Notes: a model not told the origin generated them from the letters alone. A DNA stretch of 64,000 nt from Minisyncoccota bacterium (GCA_036517255.1 DATDXE010000004.1:30543-94542); one strand, 5' to 3'. Shown: positions 49,728 to 60,332, counted from the first letter of the stretch. Translations and numbers: made by a program.

Positions 49728-49785
49728 GACTTAATTATTCTAAATGAAAATGAGGGAAGAAGCACACCAAACAGTGGAGACTGTT

Positions 49786-52251
49786 TTACAAACAAATGAA
49801 AGAGGCAATGGAGTCGCCGTCGCGGAGCTTCATGATACGAACGCCTTGAGTGGAGCGACCGAGAGTAGGTATCTCTTTCAGTTCGAGGCGGATGACCTGA
49901 CTTTTCTTCGACATGGCCACGGCCTCCTCTTCCTCACCTGTTACCACTTGAGAAGCAATGATGTCGCCAGTTTTACTTGTGACGTTACTTGTTTTTATTC
50001 CCGAGCCACCGCGACCTTGTATTTTGTATTCATCAATCGGAGTTTTCTTGCCATAACCTTTTTCGCCCATGACTACAAGTTCAGCAGTTTTTTCAAACGC
50101 CTTGGGTACATTGTGCGCGCCTATGATTTTATCGCCTTTGCCGAGCTTCATCACTCTTACACCAGCGGCTTGGCGACCCATCTCTCGTACTTGGGATTCG
50201 GCAAACCTGATCGATTGACCTTTAGCAGTTACCACTGCGCAAGAATCACCTTTATCAACCTGGGAAACAGAAATCAACTTATCACCCGCTCCCAACTTGA
50301 TAGCGATGATGCCGCTTGTACGCACATCGTGGAAACTCGAAGCTGAAACTTTTTTACCAGTACCTTGTTCAGTTATCATTATAAGAGATAGATTTTTGTT
50401 GTCCTTCAAGTTTTTCGGCATCGGCAAAATTGAAGTGACCTTCTCCCCTTCGGTAAGAGAAAGGAAATTCATAATTGATTTACCTCGAGTGGCTCGCCTA
50501 CCTTCCGGCAACTCATACATCTTTATTTGATAAGCCTTACCTTTGTCAGTAAAGAACAGGAGATCGGAATGAGTACTAGCGGTCAAGAAATGGGAGACAA
50601 AATCCTCTTCCTTAGTATCAAGGTCGACGACACCTACTCCTCCCCGCTTTTGCTGCTTAAATTCGCTTGGATGAGTGCGCTTCACATAACCTCCTTGAGT
50701 GAGCATAAGAGTGTTTTCCTCATCAGCGATGAGATCCTCCATTGAAAGAGCCTTCACTCCCCCTTTTACCACTTTAGTACGCCTCTCATCACCATATTTT
50801 TCTGCTATTTCTGAAAGTTCTTTTTTGATAATAGTCAAAATCTTCTTTGGGTTTTCCAAAATACTCTTCAAATCTTTTATCAGAGCTTGTACTGAGCTTA
50901 ATTCATCTTCTATTTTTTGTCTCTCGAGCCCAGCCAATTTTTGCAAACGCATTTCGAGAATAGCATTCGCCTGACGTTCTGAGAATTTGAACTCTTTCAT
51001 CAAATTAGCCCTAGCAGTATCAACATCCTTCGACTTCTTGATCAATTTTATGATTTCATCGATATGGTCGAGAGCTTTCTTCAAACCAAGTAGAATATGC
51101 TCTCTGTCTTCCGCTTCGCGTAGTTCAAACTCCGTCCGCCTTTTTATGACGATTTTCCTGTGACCAATAAATTCTTCGATTACACTTTTGAGTGAAAGAG
51201 TCTGCGGCACACCGTCGACTAGAGCCACCAGGTTCATGTGGAAAGTTTCTTCCAGCTGAGTGTGTTTGTAGAGGAAATTTAAAACTTTTTGCGGATAGCT
51301 ACCATTCTTCAAGTCGATCACCACTCTTATGTCTTTAGTCGACTCATCGCGCAAGCCTTTGATACCCTCCAATTTCTTCTCTCGCACCAATTCCGCGATT
51401 TTTTCTACCAGAGTTTGTTTGTTTACTCTGAATGGAATAGAGGTAATAATAATTTGACTCATACCCTTTTCCTCGACGATATCAGCTACTCCGCGACAAA
51501 CCATACCTCCACGACCAGTAGAATATGCGTGATGAATATCCTTTTCGTTAAAAATTACTCCACCGATTGGGAAATCAGGACCTTTGACAAATTGCAATAA
51601 ATCTTCAGTAGTGGCATCAGGATTTTCAATAAAATAGGCACAAGCGTCAGCCACTTCTCGCAAATTGTGAGGAGGAATGTTTGTGGCCATACCGACTGCG
51701 ATACCGAGAGTACCGTTTAATAGTAATTGTGGTACTGCCGCTGGAAGGACTGCTGGCTCTTTTTTTGTCGCATCATAATTTGGCCTCCAATCGACAGTAT
51801 CTTTATTTATATCGCGCAGAAGTTCACCGGAAAGACGTGACATTTTAGCTTCGGTGTAACGCATCGCAGCAGCGCTATCCCCATCGATAGAGCCGAAGTT
51901 ACCCTGGCCGATAATAAGCGGGTAACGCATCGTAAAATCTTGGGCCATCTTCACCATAGAATCGTAGACAGCTACATCGCCGTGCGGATGATAATTACCA
52001 AGCACTTCTCCCACCACAGTTGCTGATTTACGAGTTTTAGCGGTCGCAGTCAAATTCAAAGTATTCATGGCGTAAAGTATGCGACGATGAACAGGTTTCA
52101 AACCATCACGCACATCAGGTAAGGCCCTGTCAGTAATAACTGACATGGCATAATCGATGAAAGACTCTTTCATTTCCGTCACAATCGAACGCGAAATTAC
52201 GCCTTTATTAGGAACAGCATTCTCCACATTTTCTTCTACATTTTTAGCCAT
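49786..52251 (-). CDS. gyrA: DNA gyrase subunit A
   Basis: [29 protein letters not shown], GyrA box QKRGGVG. Confidence 0.98.
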   Translation of the reverse strand: MAKNVEENVENAVPNKGVISRSIVTEMKESFIDYAMSVITDRALPDVRDGLKPVHRRILYAMNTLNLTATAKTRKSATVVGEVLGNYHPHGDVAVYDSMVKMAQDFTMRYPLIIGQGNFGSIDGDSAAAMRYTEAKMSRLSGELLRDINKDTVDWRPNYDATKKEPAVLPAAVPQLLLNGTLGIAVGMATNIPPHNLREVADACAYFIENPDATTEDLLQFVKGPDFPIGGVIFNEKDIHHAYSTGRGGMVCRGVADIVEEKGMSQIIITSIPFRVNKQTLVEKIAELVREKKLEGIKGLRDESTKDIRVVIDLKNGSYPQKVLNFLYKHTQLEETFHMNLVALVDGVPQTLSLKSVIEEFIGHRKIVIKRRTEFELREAEDREHILLGLKKALDHIDEIIKLIKKSKDVDTARANLMKEFKFSERQANAILEMRLQKLAGLERQKIEDELSSVQALIKDLKSILENPKKILTIIKKELSEIAEKYGDERRTKVVKGGVKALSMEDLIADEENTLMLTQGGYVKRTHPSEFKQQKRGGVGVVDLDTKEEDFVSHFLTASTHSDLLFFTDKGKAYQIKMYELPEGRRATRGKSIMNFLSLTEGEKVTSILPMPKNLKDNKNLSLIMITEQGTGKKVSASSFHDVRTSGIIAIKLGAGDKLISVSQVDKGDSCAVVTAKGQSIRFAESQVREMGRQAAGVRVMKLGKGDKIIGAHNVPKAFEKTAELVVMGEKGYGKKTPIDEYKIQGRGGSGIKTSNVTSKTGDIIASQVVTGEEEEAVAMSKKSQVIRLELKEIPTLGRSTQGVRIMKLRDGDSIASFICL

Positions 52252-52288
52252 TTGTGCCCTGTATTATAGCAGATTTTTAAGCTAAAAG

Positions 52289-52609
52289 CTACTTACTTTC
52301 GTAGACTTCAATACCAGACATAAAAGGGACAAGGACATTAGCAATAGATTCCTTGAAAGAGTCGAACTGTTCTATGAATTTTTCAAACGCAGCGCCAAAA
52401 GCATTTCTAGAATTTTGGATGGGAGAAGGAACTACCTCTATTTCGAGAGTCTCTTCATAGGCAACAGTACCACTTGGCATATTTATAAAACCCCTATATC
52501 CAGCCCAACCAACCAAAACAGCGAGAGTCAGGGCCGAAGCAGTAAAAAAAGCCACTTTATGTCTGTAAGATTCTGATTTCTGTTTTAATTTGTGAATAGT
52601 GTTTCGCAT
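52289..52609 (-). CDS. Hypothetical single-TM protein
   Basis: 106-aa ORF in operon orientation, one TM. Confidence 0.6.
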   Translation of the reverse strand: MRNTIHKLKQKSESYRHKVAFFTASALTLAVLVGWAGYRGFINMPSGTVAYEETLEIEVVPSPIQNSRNAFGAAFEKFIEQFDSFKESIANVLVPFMSGIEVYESK

Positions 52610-52622
52610 TTCTTAGAACAAT

Positions 52623-53282
52623 TTATTGTGCTTCCAACACTACAATCTCCCCTTCTTTGCCCTCCAAATCTTTTTTCTTTATTGTAAGCTTATCAACAGG
52701 CTTCACCTCTTCAGAACCACTTTCTTTCAAGAATTTTTTTAAAGCATCTTTTTCACCTACACTACCATAATGAATAGGGATAATTATTCCTGGCTCTAAA
52801 GAAACAGCGACTTTGTTTGCAGAAGCGGCATCGAGAACTCCCTCCCCACCGACAGGAACAAAAAGTATATCTACCCCGTCGATTGCTGAAATAGCTTCAG
52901 AACTAAGATTCTCACTAAGAGCGCCCAAAAAACACAGATTCATATTTTCTAGGTTGACACTATATACAGTATTGATCCTCTCCTCGCCAGCATACTGCGA
53001 TTTACTTGCAATACCTTTTATAAAAACTCCGTCGATTTCATACTCACCTGGGCCAGTAACAGAAAAAGATTGTTTGTCGTTCCGCCCGGATGAGCCGTTC
53101 GGACGTGCCCTACTAGCCTGCTCTACCCCATTCATATCAGGATGGCTCAAAGAAACCAATACTATGTCAGAACCAAAACTGCCTGCTTTGTGTTTAGAAT
53201 CTTTGGAAACAGGATTAAAAGCAATAGTAGTATCGCCAAATTGTACTCGCACCTGCTCCACTCCGCCATAGGTAATAATCAT
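52623..53282 (-). CDS. MBL-fold metallo-hydrolase-like protein (degenerate)
   Basis: GPGEYEI, DILFVPVGG, IIIPIHY; in-frame palindromic insert RARPNGSSGRND. Confidence 0.8.
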   Translation of the reverse strand: MIITYGGVEQVRVQFGDTTIAFNPVSKDSKHKAGSFGSDIVLVSLSHPDMNGVEQASRARPNGSSGRNDKQSFSVTGPGEYEIDGVFIKGIASKSQYAGEERINTVYSVNLENMNLCFLGALSENLSSEAISAIDGVDILFVPVGGEGVLDAASANKVAVSLEPGIIIPIHYGSVGEKDALKKFLKESGSEEVKPVDKLTIKKKDLEGKEGEIVVLEAQ

Positions 53283-53341
53283 GAATAGAATGTAGCATAT
53301 TTTACAGCTTTATGGTAGTATCTTTTCATTAAAAGAAACCG

Positions 53342-53427
53342 ACCGAATAGCTAACCTCACAGCGCGACTTTGCCAACTGGCTTTGCCAATCGGCAAATCT
53401 GTACATGAGACTGTGAAAGCTATCGGT
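53342..53427 (+). promoter_or_regulatory. Structured 5' leader of rpsA
   Basis: ACCG.ATAGCT/AGCTATCGGT, TCACAG/CTGTGA and TTTGCC/GGCAAA nested stems. Confidence 0.5.
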
Positions 53428-53434
53428 ATTTTAT

Positions 53435-54559
53435 ATGAAAGAAAAGGAAGATATAGAAAAGATAGAGGAAGAAACAGAGGATGCGGTAAAATCAAAAAAG
53501 GAATCAGCAATGGGCAAGATTATGTCCAATTCATCCCTCCTGCCTGAAGTGGGCGAACTGGTGGAAGGCCCAGTCATCGGGATTGAAAAAAACGCAGTGT
53601 ATGTCGACCTCGCTCCTTGGGGCACAGGCATCATTTTCGGGCGTGAGTATATAAATGCTAGAGATTTGATCAAGAAAATAAACATTGGCGACAATGTAGC
53701 CGGTAAAATCGTCGGGCAAGACAACAAAGAAGGTTATGTCGAAATTTCACTGAAAGAAGCTCGCCAAGCTCTTATCTGGAACCAAGCTGAAGAAGCAATC
53801 AGGGATAAAACAGTATTTGAATTACCAATCCTAGAAGCAAACAAAGGTGGTCTCATGATTTCGTGGCAAGGGATCACTGGTTTCTTGCCTGCTTCCCAAC
53901 TAAAAACGGAACACTATCCACGAGTAGCCGATGGCGATAAAGACAGAATCTTAGACGAACTGCGTAAACTAGTGGGCCAGAAAATCGCGGTATCTATCAT
54001 TACCGCTGTTCCAAAAGAAGGAAAACTTATATTTTCTGAGAAAAATATCGAGAGTAAAGAGAAGACAGCCATCATCGACAAATATGTGTTGGGTGATGAA
54101 ACTCTTGGAGAAGTCACTGGTATAGTTGACTTCGGAATATTCGTAAAACTGGAAGAAGGCCTGGAAGGCTTGGTGCATATTTCTGAAATCGATTGGGGCC
54201 TAGTCGATGATCCTAGAAAATTTGCTAAAGTGGGCGACACTGTAAGAGTAAAGATAATAGAAATCAAAGATGGGAAAGTATCGCTCTCGATCAAAGCCTT
54301 GAAAGATAATCCTTGGACAGAAGCAGCCAAGAAATATAAAAAGGATGACACGGTAACAGGAGTAGTCATCAAATTCAACAAACACGGAGCCTTAGCTTCG
54401 ATTGAAGAAGGTATCGCTGGTCTTGTACATATCTCCGAATTTGGTTCCGAAGAAAAGTTGCGCGAAAAACTCGAGCTCGGCAAGACTTACAACTTCAAGA
54501 TCACAGTCTTCGATCCAAAAGAACAAAAGATGGCTCTTGCATTCTTGGAGAATAAATAG
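53435..54559 (+). CDS. rpsA: 30S ribosomal protein S1 (four S1 domains)
   Basis: NKGGL..GFLPASQL, FGIFV..EGLVHISEI, GLVHISE. Confidence 0.92.
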   Translation: MKEKEDIEKIEEETEDAVKSKKESAMGKIMSNSSLLPEVGELVEGPVIGIEKNAVYVDLAPWGTGIIFGREYINARDLIKKINIGDNVAGKIVGQDNKEGYVEISLKEARQALIWNQAEEAIRDKTVFELPILEANKGGLMISWQGITGFLPASQLKTEHYPRVADGDKDRILDELRKLVGQKIAVSIITAVPKEGKLIFSEKNIESKEKTAIIDKYVLGDETLGEVTGIVDFGIFVKLEEGLEGLVHISEIDWGLVDDPRKFAKVGDTVRVKIIEIKDGKVSLSIKALKDNPWTEAAKKYKKDDTVTGVVIKFNKHGALASIEEGIAGLVHISEFGSEEKLREKLELGKTYNFKITVFDPKEQKMALAFLENK

Positions 54560-54571
54560 GTGAGGTTAATA

Positions 54572-55072
54572 AACCTCATCCGGCACCTCGCAAAGCCTCG
54601 GGCCACCTTCCCCTTAGCAGGGGAAGGAAATCCAAAGACCTAGATACTATTTAGGCTCTTCTTGATTCTTGTTAGAACTTTGTAAACATCAGTATCAACC
54701 TCTGCGTTTGAAAATCTCAAGACTTTATAGTCGAGATCAGTAAAGAATTTATTCCTGACATGATCATATTCTCGAGCCTCTTGTGTGTGGTGAACTTCCC
54801 CGTCTATTTCTAAAACCAATTTCTTCTCAGCACAATAAAAATCTAGAATGTAGCCTCCGACACTATGCTGTCTTTTGAATTTAAAATCTAAATTTCTATC
54901 TTTTAGATGCCACCACAAAACTCTTTCTTGCGCGGTTTCCCTTTTTCTCAAATCTCTGCGCCAATCTCTCAATTTTGGTAAATTGTTCAGCCTTTGCATA
55001 CTATGATGATATTTTGTTCCCGATTTACCTCTCCTGCTAAGGAGAGGTCGAGACGATAGTCCGGGTGAGGTT
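54572..55072. mobile_element. Putative DUF559-endonuclease element with inverted hairpin ends
   Basis: Left end AACCTCATCCGG...CCTTCCCCTTAGCAGGGGAAGG; right end CCTCTCCTGCTAAGGAGAGG...CCGGGTGAGGTT; GGTGAGGTTAAT repeated at 54559 and 55064. Confidence 0.7.
54640..54999 (-). CDS. DUF559 (Vsr-like PD-(D/E)xK) endonuclease
   Basis: RRDLRK.ET..E..LW..L, FKRQHSVGGYILDFYC, LEIDGEVH, VLRFSN. Confidence 0.92.
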   Translation of the reverse strand: MQRLNNLPKLRDWRRDLRKRETAQERVLWWHLKDRNLDFKFKRQHSVGGYILDFYCAEKKLVLEIDGEVHHTQEAREYDHVRNKFFTDLDYKVLRFSNAEVDTDVYKVLTRIKKSLNSI

Positions 55073-55637
55073 AATTGAATCTGTTCATCGCTATTTCCCT
55101 GCCTTCTTCTACAATAGTTTCTATCGCCTCTGAAACCAACTTAAAAGTTTTCTTCAGTGTTTCGTTCTGCTTCGGAGTAAAGTTACTCAAAATAAAATCA
55201 ATAACTTCTTTTTCACCCTGAGGTTTTTTAATTTTACCTGAGGGAGTAGCAGGAGAAACTCCAATTCTAACTCGAGTAAACTCTTTAGTCTTAATAGATT
55301 TGATGATCGATTCTAAACCTTTGTGGCCACCGCTACTTTTATCATAAGAAATTTTTATAGTACCGAGAGGTAAATCCATATCGTCATAAACCACGATCAA
55401 ATCTTTGGCGGTTTTTTTTGACTTAATATATTTAACTACCGCTTTACCAGAGTGGTTCATGAATTCGCCACTCTCAATAATTTTGATTTTATTTCGGAAT
55501 TCAGACTTTGAGCTTTTAGCTTCAAAACATTCTACTGCCATTTTGCCAGTATTATGCCTACTTTTTGTATATTCTTCTCCCGGGTTCCCTAGTCCGACAA
55601 CATATATCATAGAAAATAGATTATAGGCCAAAATCAT
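55071..55637 (-). CDS. pth: Peptidyl-tRNA hydrolase
   Basis: VGLGNPG, RHNTG, FMNHSG, YDDMDL, GGHKG. Confidence 0.95.
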   Translation of the reverse strand: MILAYNLFSMIYVVGLGNPGEEYTKSRHNTGKMAVECFEAKSSKSEFRNKIKIIESGEFMNHSGKAVVKYIKSKKTAKDLIVVYDDMDLPLGTIKISYDKSSGGHKGLESIIKSIKTKEFTRVRIGVSPATPSGKIKKPQGEKEVIDFILSNFTPKQNETLKKTFKLVSEAIETIVEEGREIAMNRFN

Positions 55638-55655
55638 GTATAATGGAACCCAATT

Positions 55656-56240
55656 ATGCAGGAAAATTCAGATAGAAAAGAGAAAGAGCTAGAAAAGGCC
55701 ACAGGAGAAGGCAAAAAGGAAGGAGTTGGAGAAATACTGAAATTCGTTCTGATCGTGGCCATAATAGTAATCCCATTTCGTCTTTTTATAGCCCAACCCT
55801 ATATTGTAGAAGGAGCATCAATGGATCCAACATTCAAAGACGGCGATTACCTCATCGTGGATCAGATATCGACTCATTTCCAAGAATTAAAAAGAGGTGA
55901 TGTCGTCATCATGAGGTATCCGAACGATCCTTCAAAATTTTTTATAAAAAGAGTGATCGGCCTACCGGAGGAAACCGTTTCTATTTCCAAAGGAAAAGTT
56001 TATATAAAAAACAGTGAGGGTACAGAAAGGGTAGCTCTGGATGAAAAATATATAGTCTTTGAAAGAGAAGAAGATTTTGAAGCTACTTTAAAAAAAAGTG
56101 AATATTTTGTCATGGGCGACAACAGAGCGGGTTCTTCCGATTCTAGAGTATGGGGACCACTGCCTTCTGAAAACATTGTAGGCAGGCCAATATTAAGATT
56201 GCTACCGTTACAACATATTAAATTCCTGCCCGGACAATAA
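55656..56240 (+). CDS. lepB: Signal peptidase I
   Basis: GASMDPT, FIKRVIGLP, MGDNRAGSSDSR. Confidence 0.95.
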   Translation: MQENSDRKEKELEKATGEGKKEGVGEILKFVLIVAIIVIPFRLFIAQPYIVEGASMDPTFKDGDYLIVDQISTHFQELKRGDVVIMRYPNDPSKFFIKRVIGLPEETVSISKGKVYIKNSEGTERVALDEKYIVFEREEDFEATLKKSEYFVMGDNRAGSSDSRVWGPLPSENIVGRPILRLLPLQHIKFLPGQ

Positions 56241-56241
56241 A

Positions 56242-57432
56242 ATGACCAAAAATAATCACAACAAAGGTAGCACTCTTAAAGAACTTCTAAAAGTGGATGA
56301 GTCGGGAAGAATAGCGACATTCTACGGCTTCCTACCTATAGAGAGCCCTCAGATAACTAAAGAAGATAGTAGCGCGGGAAAAGATTTGGACAGTAATTGG
56401 CGATGTGTTGAGAAAGCTTCGATAATGCGTGAATTTTCTGAAGTAAAGACAAACGCATCTGGAAAGTTTTTACCACAACCACTTTGTCTTTTTATGGAAC
56501 ACCCTTTTCCGGGGAGCAGCGAAAGAAGGAAGGCTGGAAGGCTGGAATATGAGATATCAATCCTGGGCTCAAACAGAAGTGTATGTGAAAGCCTAATCAT
56601 CCAGACAGCCAAGGCTCTACTTGAAGCAAATGGTTGGAAAAATCTAGCCCTTCGCATCAATTCAGTAGGTGGCCGCGAGAGTGTATCTGATTTCGAAAGA
56701 AAGATGGCAAATTTTATAAGAAAAAGGATGGACGACTTCCCTAGTGAACTGCGACAAAATTTAAAAAAGGATCTCTTTTACTTAGCTCGATCAAAGGATG
56801 AAAAGTATAAAGAGTGGAGAGAGTGTGCTCCTCAGTCAGTCGACTGCCTCTCCGAACAAAGCCGTTTGCACCTGAAAGAAATACTGGAGTTTTTGGAAAC
56901 AATGGAAATACCATATGTTTTTGATTCGACTCTTTTGGGAGAAATAAAGATATCGACAGAAGTAGTGTTCGAGATAGTATCGGAAGGAGGCGAGGGAGAA
57001 GTTTTAGCTCGAGGTTGCCGTATGAACAGATTATCGAAACGTTTGCAGTTGAAAAAAGAAGTTCCAGCAGTAAGCGTAAGTGTAAGCGCGAAAGCTGTAA
57101 AAAATCTTAAAACATCCACGATAAAAAATACCAAACATAACTTTTTCTTGGTACAATTTGGTCCTGAAGCGAAACAAAAAAGTTTTATCGCTTTGGAAGA
57201 ACTGCGCAAGTCCGGAGTACCTATTTTACACTCTTTAGCCAAAGATAAGCTAACAAATCAAATGTATTCGGTAGAACAATCGAGCACAGAATACATCATC
57301 CTTATCGGTCAAAAAGAGGCTTTGGAAAATGTGGCGGTGATAAGGCATACATCGACTCGGGCTCAATATACAGTACCAATAAAAGAGCTAGGTGAATTTA
57401 TAAAAAAAACTGCTGAATTTAAAATCAAATAA
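56242..57432 (+). CDS. Degenerate histidyl-tRNA synthetase-like protein
   Basis: FYGFLPIESP, LRINSVG, C-terminal anticodon-binding-like domain; catalytic motifs eroded. Confidence 0.65.
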   Translation: MTKNNHNKGSTLKELLKVDESGRIATFYGFLPIESPQITKEDSSAGKDLDSNWRCVEKASIMREFSEVKTNASGKFLPQPLCLFMEHPFPGSSERRKAGRLEYEISILGSNRSVCESLIIQTAKALLEANGWKNLALRINSVGGRESVSDFERKMANFIRKRMDDFPSELRQNLKKDLFYLARSKDEKYKEWRECAPQSVDCLSEQSRLHLKEILEFLETMEIPYVFDSTLLGEIKISTEVVFEIVSEGGEGEVLARGCRMNRLSKRLQLKKEVPAVSVSVSAKAVKNLKTSTIKNTKHNFFLVQFGPEAKQKSFIALEELRKSGVPILHSLAKDKLTNQMYSVEQSSTEYIILIGQKEALENVAVIRHTSTRAQYTVPIKELGEFIKKTAEFKIK

Positions 57433-57434
57433 GC

Positions 57435-58577
57435 ATGCGACTGAAGTTAATATATGTGTGCGGGTTCCTACTTTCGATCCACTACGCTTCGATAGTGTAC
57501 CTAAACTCTTCTCTTTTAAGTAAATTCGTAAGTGGTAGTAGTCTAAACATCATATATGCTATAGGCTCGGCTGGTAGCATCCTGATGCTCTTCCTTACTC
57601 CATTCCTTTTTAGAAAACTGGGTAATGTTTACAGTTTCCTTTTTTTTATCATCGCTGAAGCTTTCATCGTATTCGGTATAGGTAGTACAGAGCTCGGTAT
57701 TTTGATCCTCGGCCTCTTCCTTATTTATCAAAGCCTTGAATCAGTACTTTATTTTTGCCTTGATATCGCCCTGGAAGAAGAAACAAAAAAAGAAGGCTCA
57801 ACCGGTGGCCGACGCGGATTATTCCTCACCGCTCAAAATATAGCCTGGGTTTGCGCGCCTCTCGCTTTAGCTTTACTAGTCGACGATAGTAATTTCAAGA
57901 ATGTCTACTACCTTTCAAGCTTAGCGCTCATCCCTGTTTTTCTTATCATTCTACCCTTCTTTAAAAATACAAAATTTAGAGACGGACATACTAGTCATGC
58001 TCTACTAGTTTTTCATTCTCTTTTGAAAGGGGGGGATAAAACTCGCACTATTATCTGTCAATTTTTACTAAACGCATTTTATGCCTGGATGGTTATCTAC
58101 CTACCTTTGGTTTTAAGTAATGAAATGGGTTTTAGTTGGCACACCATAGGTATTATTCTTTCTATCATGCTCCTACCTTTCCTCTTATTCGAACTGCCAG
58201 CTGGGCTTTTGGCCGATAAAAAATTTGGAGAAAAAGAGATGCTCACCATAGGCTTCAGTGTCATGGCTCTTTCCACTTTCGTCATTCCTTTTATCCACTC
58301 CAGTAATTGGGTTGTATGGGCTATCGTGCTTTTTATAACTCGTATGGGGGCAAGCCTAGTCGAAATTTCAAACGAAAGTTATTTCTTCAAACATGTGAAA
58401 GCCCATGATACTGGCATCATCAGTATTTTCCGGATGCTTCGACCTTTCGCATATATGATAGTGCCTCTCATCACCATTCCTATCGTTTCCTCCTTTTCCT
58501 ACAGCGCTTCCTTCGCCTTCCTCGCCATCCTCCCCGCTCTCGGCCTCGCCTTCCTACCCAAAATTGACACTAAATAG
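57435..58577 (+). CDS. MFS transporter
   Basis: About 12 TM segments, PAGLLADKKFGEK MFS loop. Confidence 0.85.
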   Translation: MRLKLIYVCGFLLSIHYASIVYLNSSLLSKFVSGSSLNIIYAIGSAGSILMLFLTPFLFRKLGNVYSFLFFIIAEAFIVFGIGSTELGILILGLFLIYQSLESVLYFCLDIALEEETKKEGSTGGRRGLFLTAQNIAWVCAPLALALLVDDSNFKNVYYLSSLALIPVFLIILPFFKNTKFRDGHTSHALLVFHSLLKGGDKTRTIICQFLLNAFYAWMVIYLPLVLSNEMGFSWHTIGIILSIMLLPFLLFELPAGLLADKKFGEKEMLTIGFSVMALSTFVIPFIHSSNWVVWAIVLFITRMGASLVEISNESYFFKHVKAHDTGIISIFRMLRPFAYMIVPLITIPIVSSFSYSASFAFLAILPALGLAFLPKIDTK

Positions 58578-58601
58578 GCTCTGTGCTATAATTGCAAAAG
58601 G

Positions 58602-58805
58602 ATGACACCTGAACAGATCGTAGCTTCCCAGCTCTCAAGCTGGGGAGATAAAAAAGAAGTATACCTAGTGACAGAGGATGAATTTAAGATCCTGCGGACT
58701 CACGCAGAATCAAGCGTTGAAAAAGACCTGGAATCGAATGGTGATGGAACGTATCTTAGTTCACTCCTGTTCAGAAACTATAGGTTCTCATGCGTTACGA
58801 AGTAA
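58602..58805 (+). CDS. Small hypothetical protein
   Basis: TGCTATAAT upstream; followed by terminator AACCGGCAG..CTGCCGGTTTT. Confidence 0.5.
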   Translation: MTPEQIVASQLSSWGDKKEVYLVTEDEFKILRTHAESSVEKDLESNGDGTYLSSLLFRNYRFSCVTK

Positions 58806-58844
58806 CCGGCAGTTCAAAAGGGCTGCCGGTTTTCCATTTATATT

Positions 58845-59216
58845 CTATTCCCTTTTGAATGCTTCTCCTTCTTTCAGTTTATACCCTCTAGCATATTCAA
58901 AGGCAAATTGAGCTATGTGTTCGGCAGTACTTATTTCCATTCCTGATCTTTGCCTACCTAAAAGCATCAAGGCAAGTTCGTTATGAAGTTGTCTCTGACT
59001 AGTATCTGATCTTTTAAAATCTAAAGTCTTGGCATGGTGCCTGACTCCAGAATCAAGAGCGTTCGCATATCTTTCACAAACACTCTTCAATCGTTGTTCA
59101 GCGACACTTCCCTGGAGGGGGGGGTTACCAGGAATTTCGTATTCATCCCATAACAGAGTCAAAAATGGTTCGCTAATTCTTTCTGGAACATGATTATTTG
59201 ATGTAACTCCTTCCAT
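58845..59216 (-). CDS. Hypothetical protein
   Basis: 123-aa ORF co-oriented with the upstream operon. Confidence 0.55.
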   Translation of the reverse strand: MEGVTSNNHVPERISEPFLTLLWDEYEIPGNPPLQGSVAEQRLKSVCERYANALDSGVRHHAKTLDFKRSDTSQRQLHNELALMLLGRQRSGMEISTAEHIAQFAFEYARGYKLKEGEAFKRE

Positions 59217-59231
59217 ATAATTATGTTTATT

Positions 59232-59660
59232 CTACTTAAAACGTACTGGGACTCTTACTGAATCTTCATTTTCAGGAAGGCCTGATGGGTTATCTTTATG
59301 GAAAATTATAATGCCGGTTTCACCTTTAGGTTTATCGAAGGAAATTTCGGCCGAGAAAGGTACGTATTCTTCCGTCATCCATTCCCCTTCAGCCTGTATC
59401 GGAGTTATGCCGAGGCTAGTACCATCTTCATCTAACACTTCAGCTGGGAAAGAGGCTTCAAAATACCACATCCCTCTTGCCTGACCTGATACTCTGACTG
59501 GTGAAGTGACCTCTTGATTTGCTAAAGGAGAATCTATCTGTAACAAATCTTTGTAGACTAGACTGCCTACTTTCTCTTCCTCTTCAGAGGGACTGAAGTA
59601 ATAAACAGCTCCACCAACAGCCAAAGCAACGAGTAAAATCAGGATTACAGTCTTTTTCAT
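59232..59660 (-). CDS. Gmad2 immunoglobulin-like domain protein
   Basis: SPVRVSGQARGMWYFEASFP, WMTEEYVPF, KDNPSGLPE. Confidence 0.85.
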   Translation of the reverse strand: MKKTVILILLVALAVGGAVYYFSPSEEEEKVGSLVYKDLLQIDSPLANQEVTSPVRVSGQARGMWYFEASFPAEVLDEDGTSLGITPIQAEGEWMTEEYVPFSAEISFDKPKGETGIIIFHKDNPSGLPENEDSVRVPVRFK

Positions 59661-60299
59661 CTATTTTAAAGCTTTGTCGATCAATAGTTTGAAAGCCTGG
59701 ATACTCTGAGGGCTGTCCAATTTTTCTCCATTCAAGACAAAGGTAGGAGTAGCATTGAAACCATTTTTGACTGCGCTTTCCCTTTGAGATTTGACGATAT
59801 CCTTCACCTCACCAGAATCAAGGTCGGCAAGGAACTGTTCTTTGTCGATACCGATAAGGACAGCATAGTCGCCAAAAACTTTTTTCAAATCTGAAGCACT
59901 TGACCATTCATTTTGTTTTTCAAAAAGTAGGTTATGCATTTCCCAAAACTTGCCTTGTTTACTTGCCGCTTCCGAAGCCCAAGCTGCAGGTTCAGCATTG
60001 AAATGGATTTGTTTTAGTGGAAAATGACGATAAACAAAAGTTACTTTATCGCTATAAGTTTGAGATAGTTCTAGAAGTATCGGATAGTAAGAACGACAAG
60101 CAGGACACTGAAAATCGGCATATTCTATGAGAACTACAGTCGAAGAAGCGCCTGTATCTACAGTTCGGCCTTTTACATGGTCGGAGGGGCTTACTTCGGT
60201 GAGAGAAAACTGCGAGGAAGAGCTAGAACTTCCATTAAAAATAACGAGAGCGCCCACTATTACTATAAAAACTACTACAACCCAAATTAATGATTTCAT
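59661..60299 (-). CDS. DsbA-family thioredoxin-fold oxidoreductase
   Basis: EYADFQCPAC, YRHFPL, QGKFWEMH, TPTF. Confidence 0.9.
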   Translation of the reverse strand: MKSLIWVVVVFIVIVGALVIFNGSSSSSSQFSLTEVSPSDHVKGRTVDTGASSTVVLIEYADFQCPACRSYYPILLELSQTYSDKVTFVYRHFPLKQIHFNAEPAAWASEAASKQGKFWEMHNLLFEKQNEWSSASDLKKVFGDYAVLIGIDKEQFLADLDSGEVKDIVKSQRESAVKNGFNATPTFVLNGEKLDSPQSIQAFKLLIDKALK

Positions 60300-60332
60300 T
60301 CTTTATCTTTTATCTTTAATAGCTCGATTCTA

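Noticed and set aside
49744-50346. 200-aa plus-strand ORF, and similar antisense ORFs over ftsZ, groEL, rpsA and typA
   Set aside because: Shadow frames of strongly conserved genes on the opposite strand.
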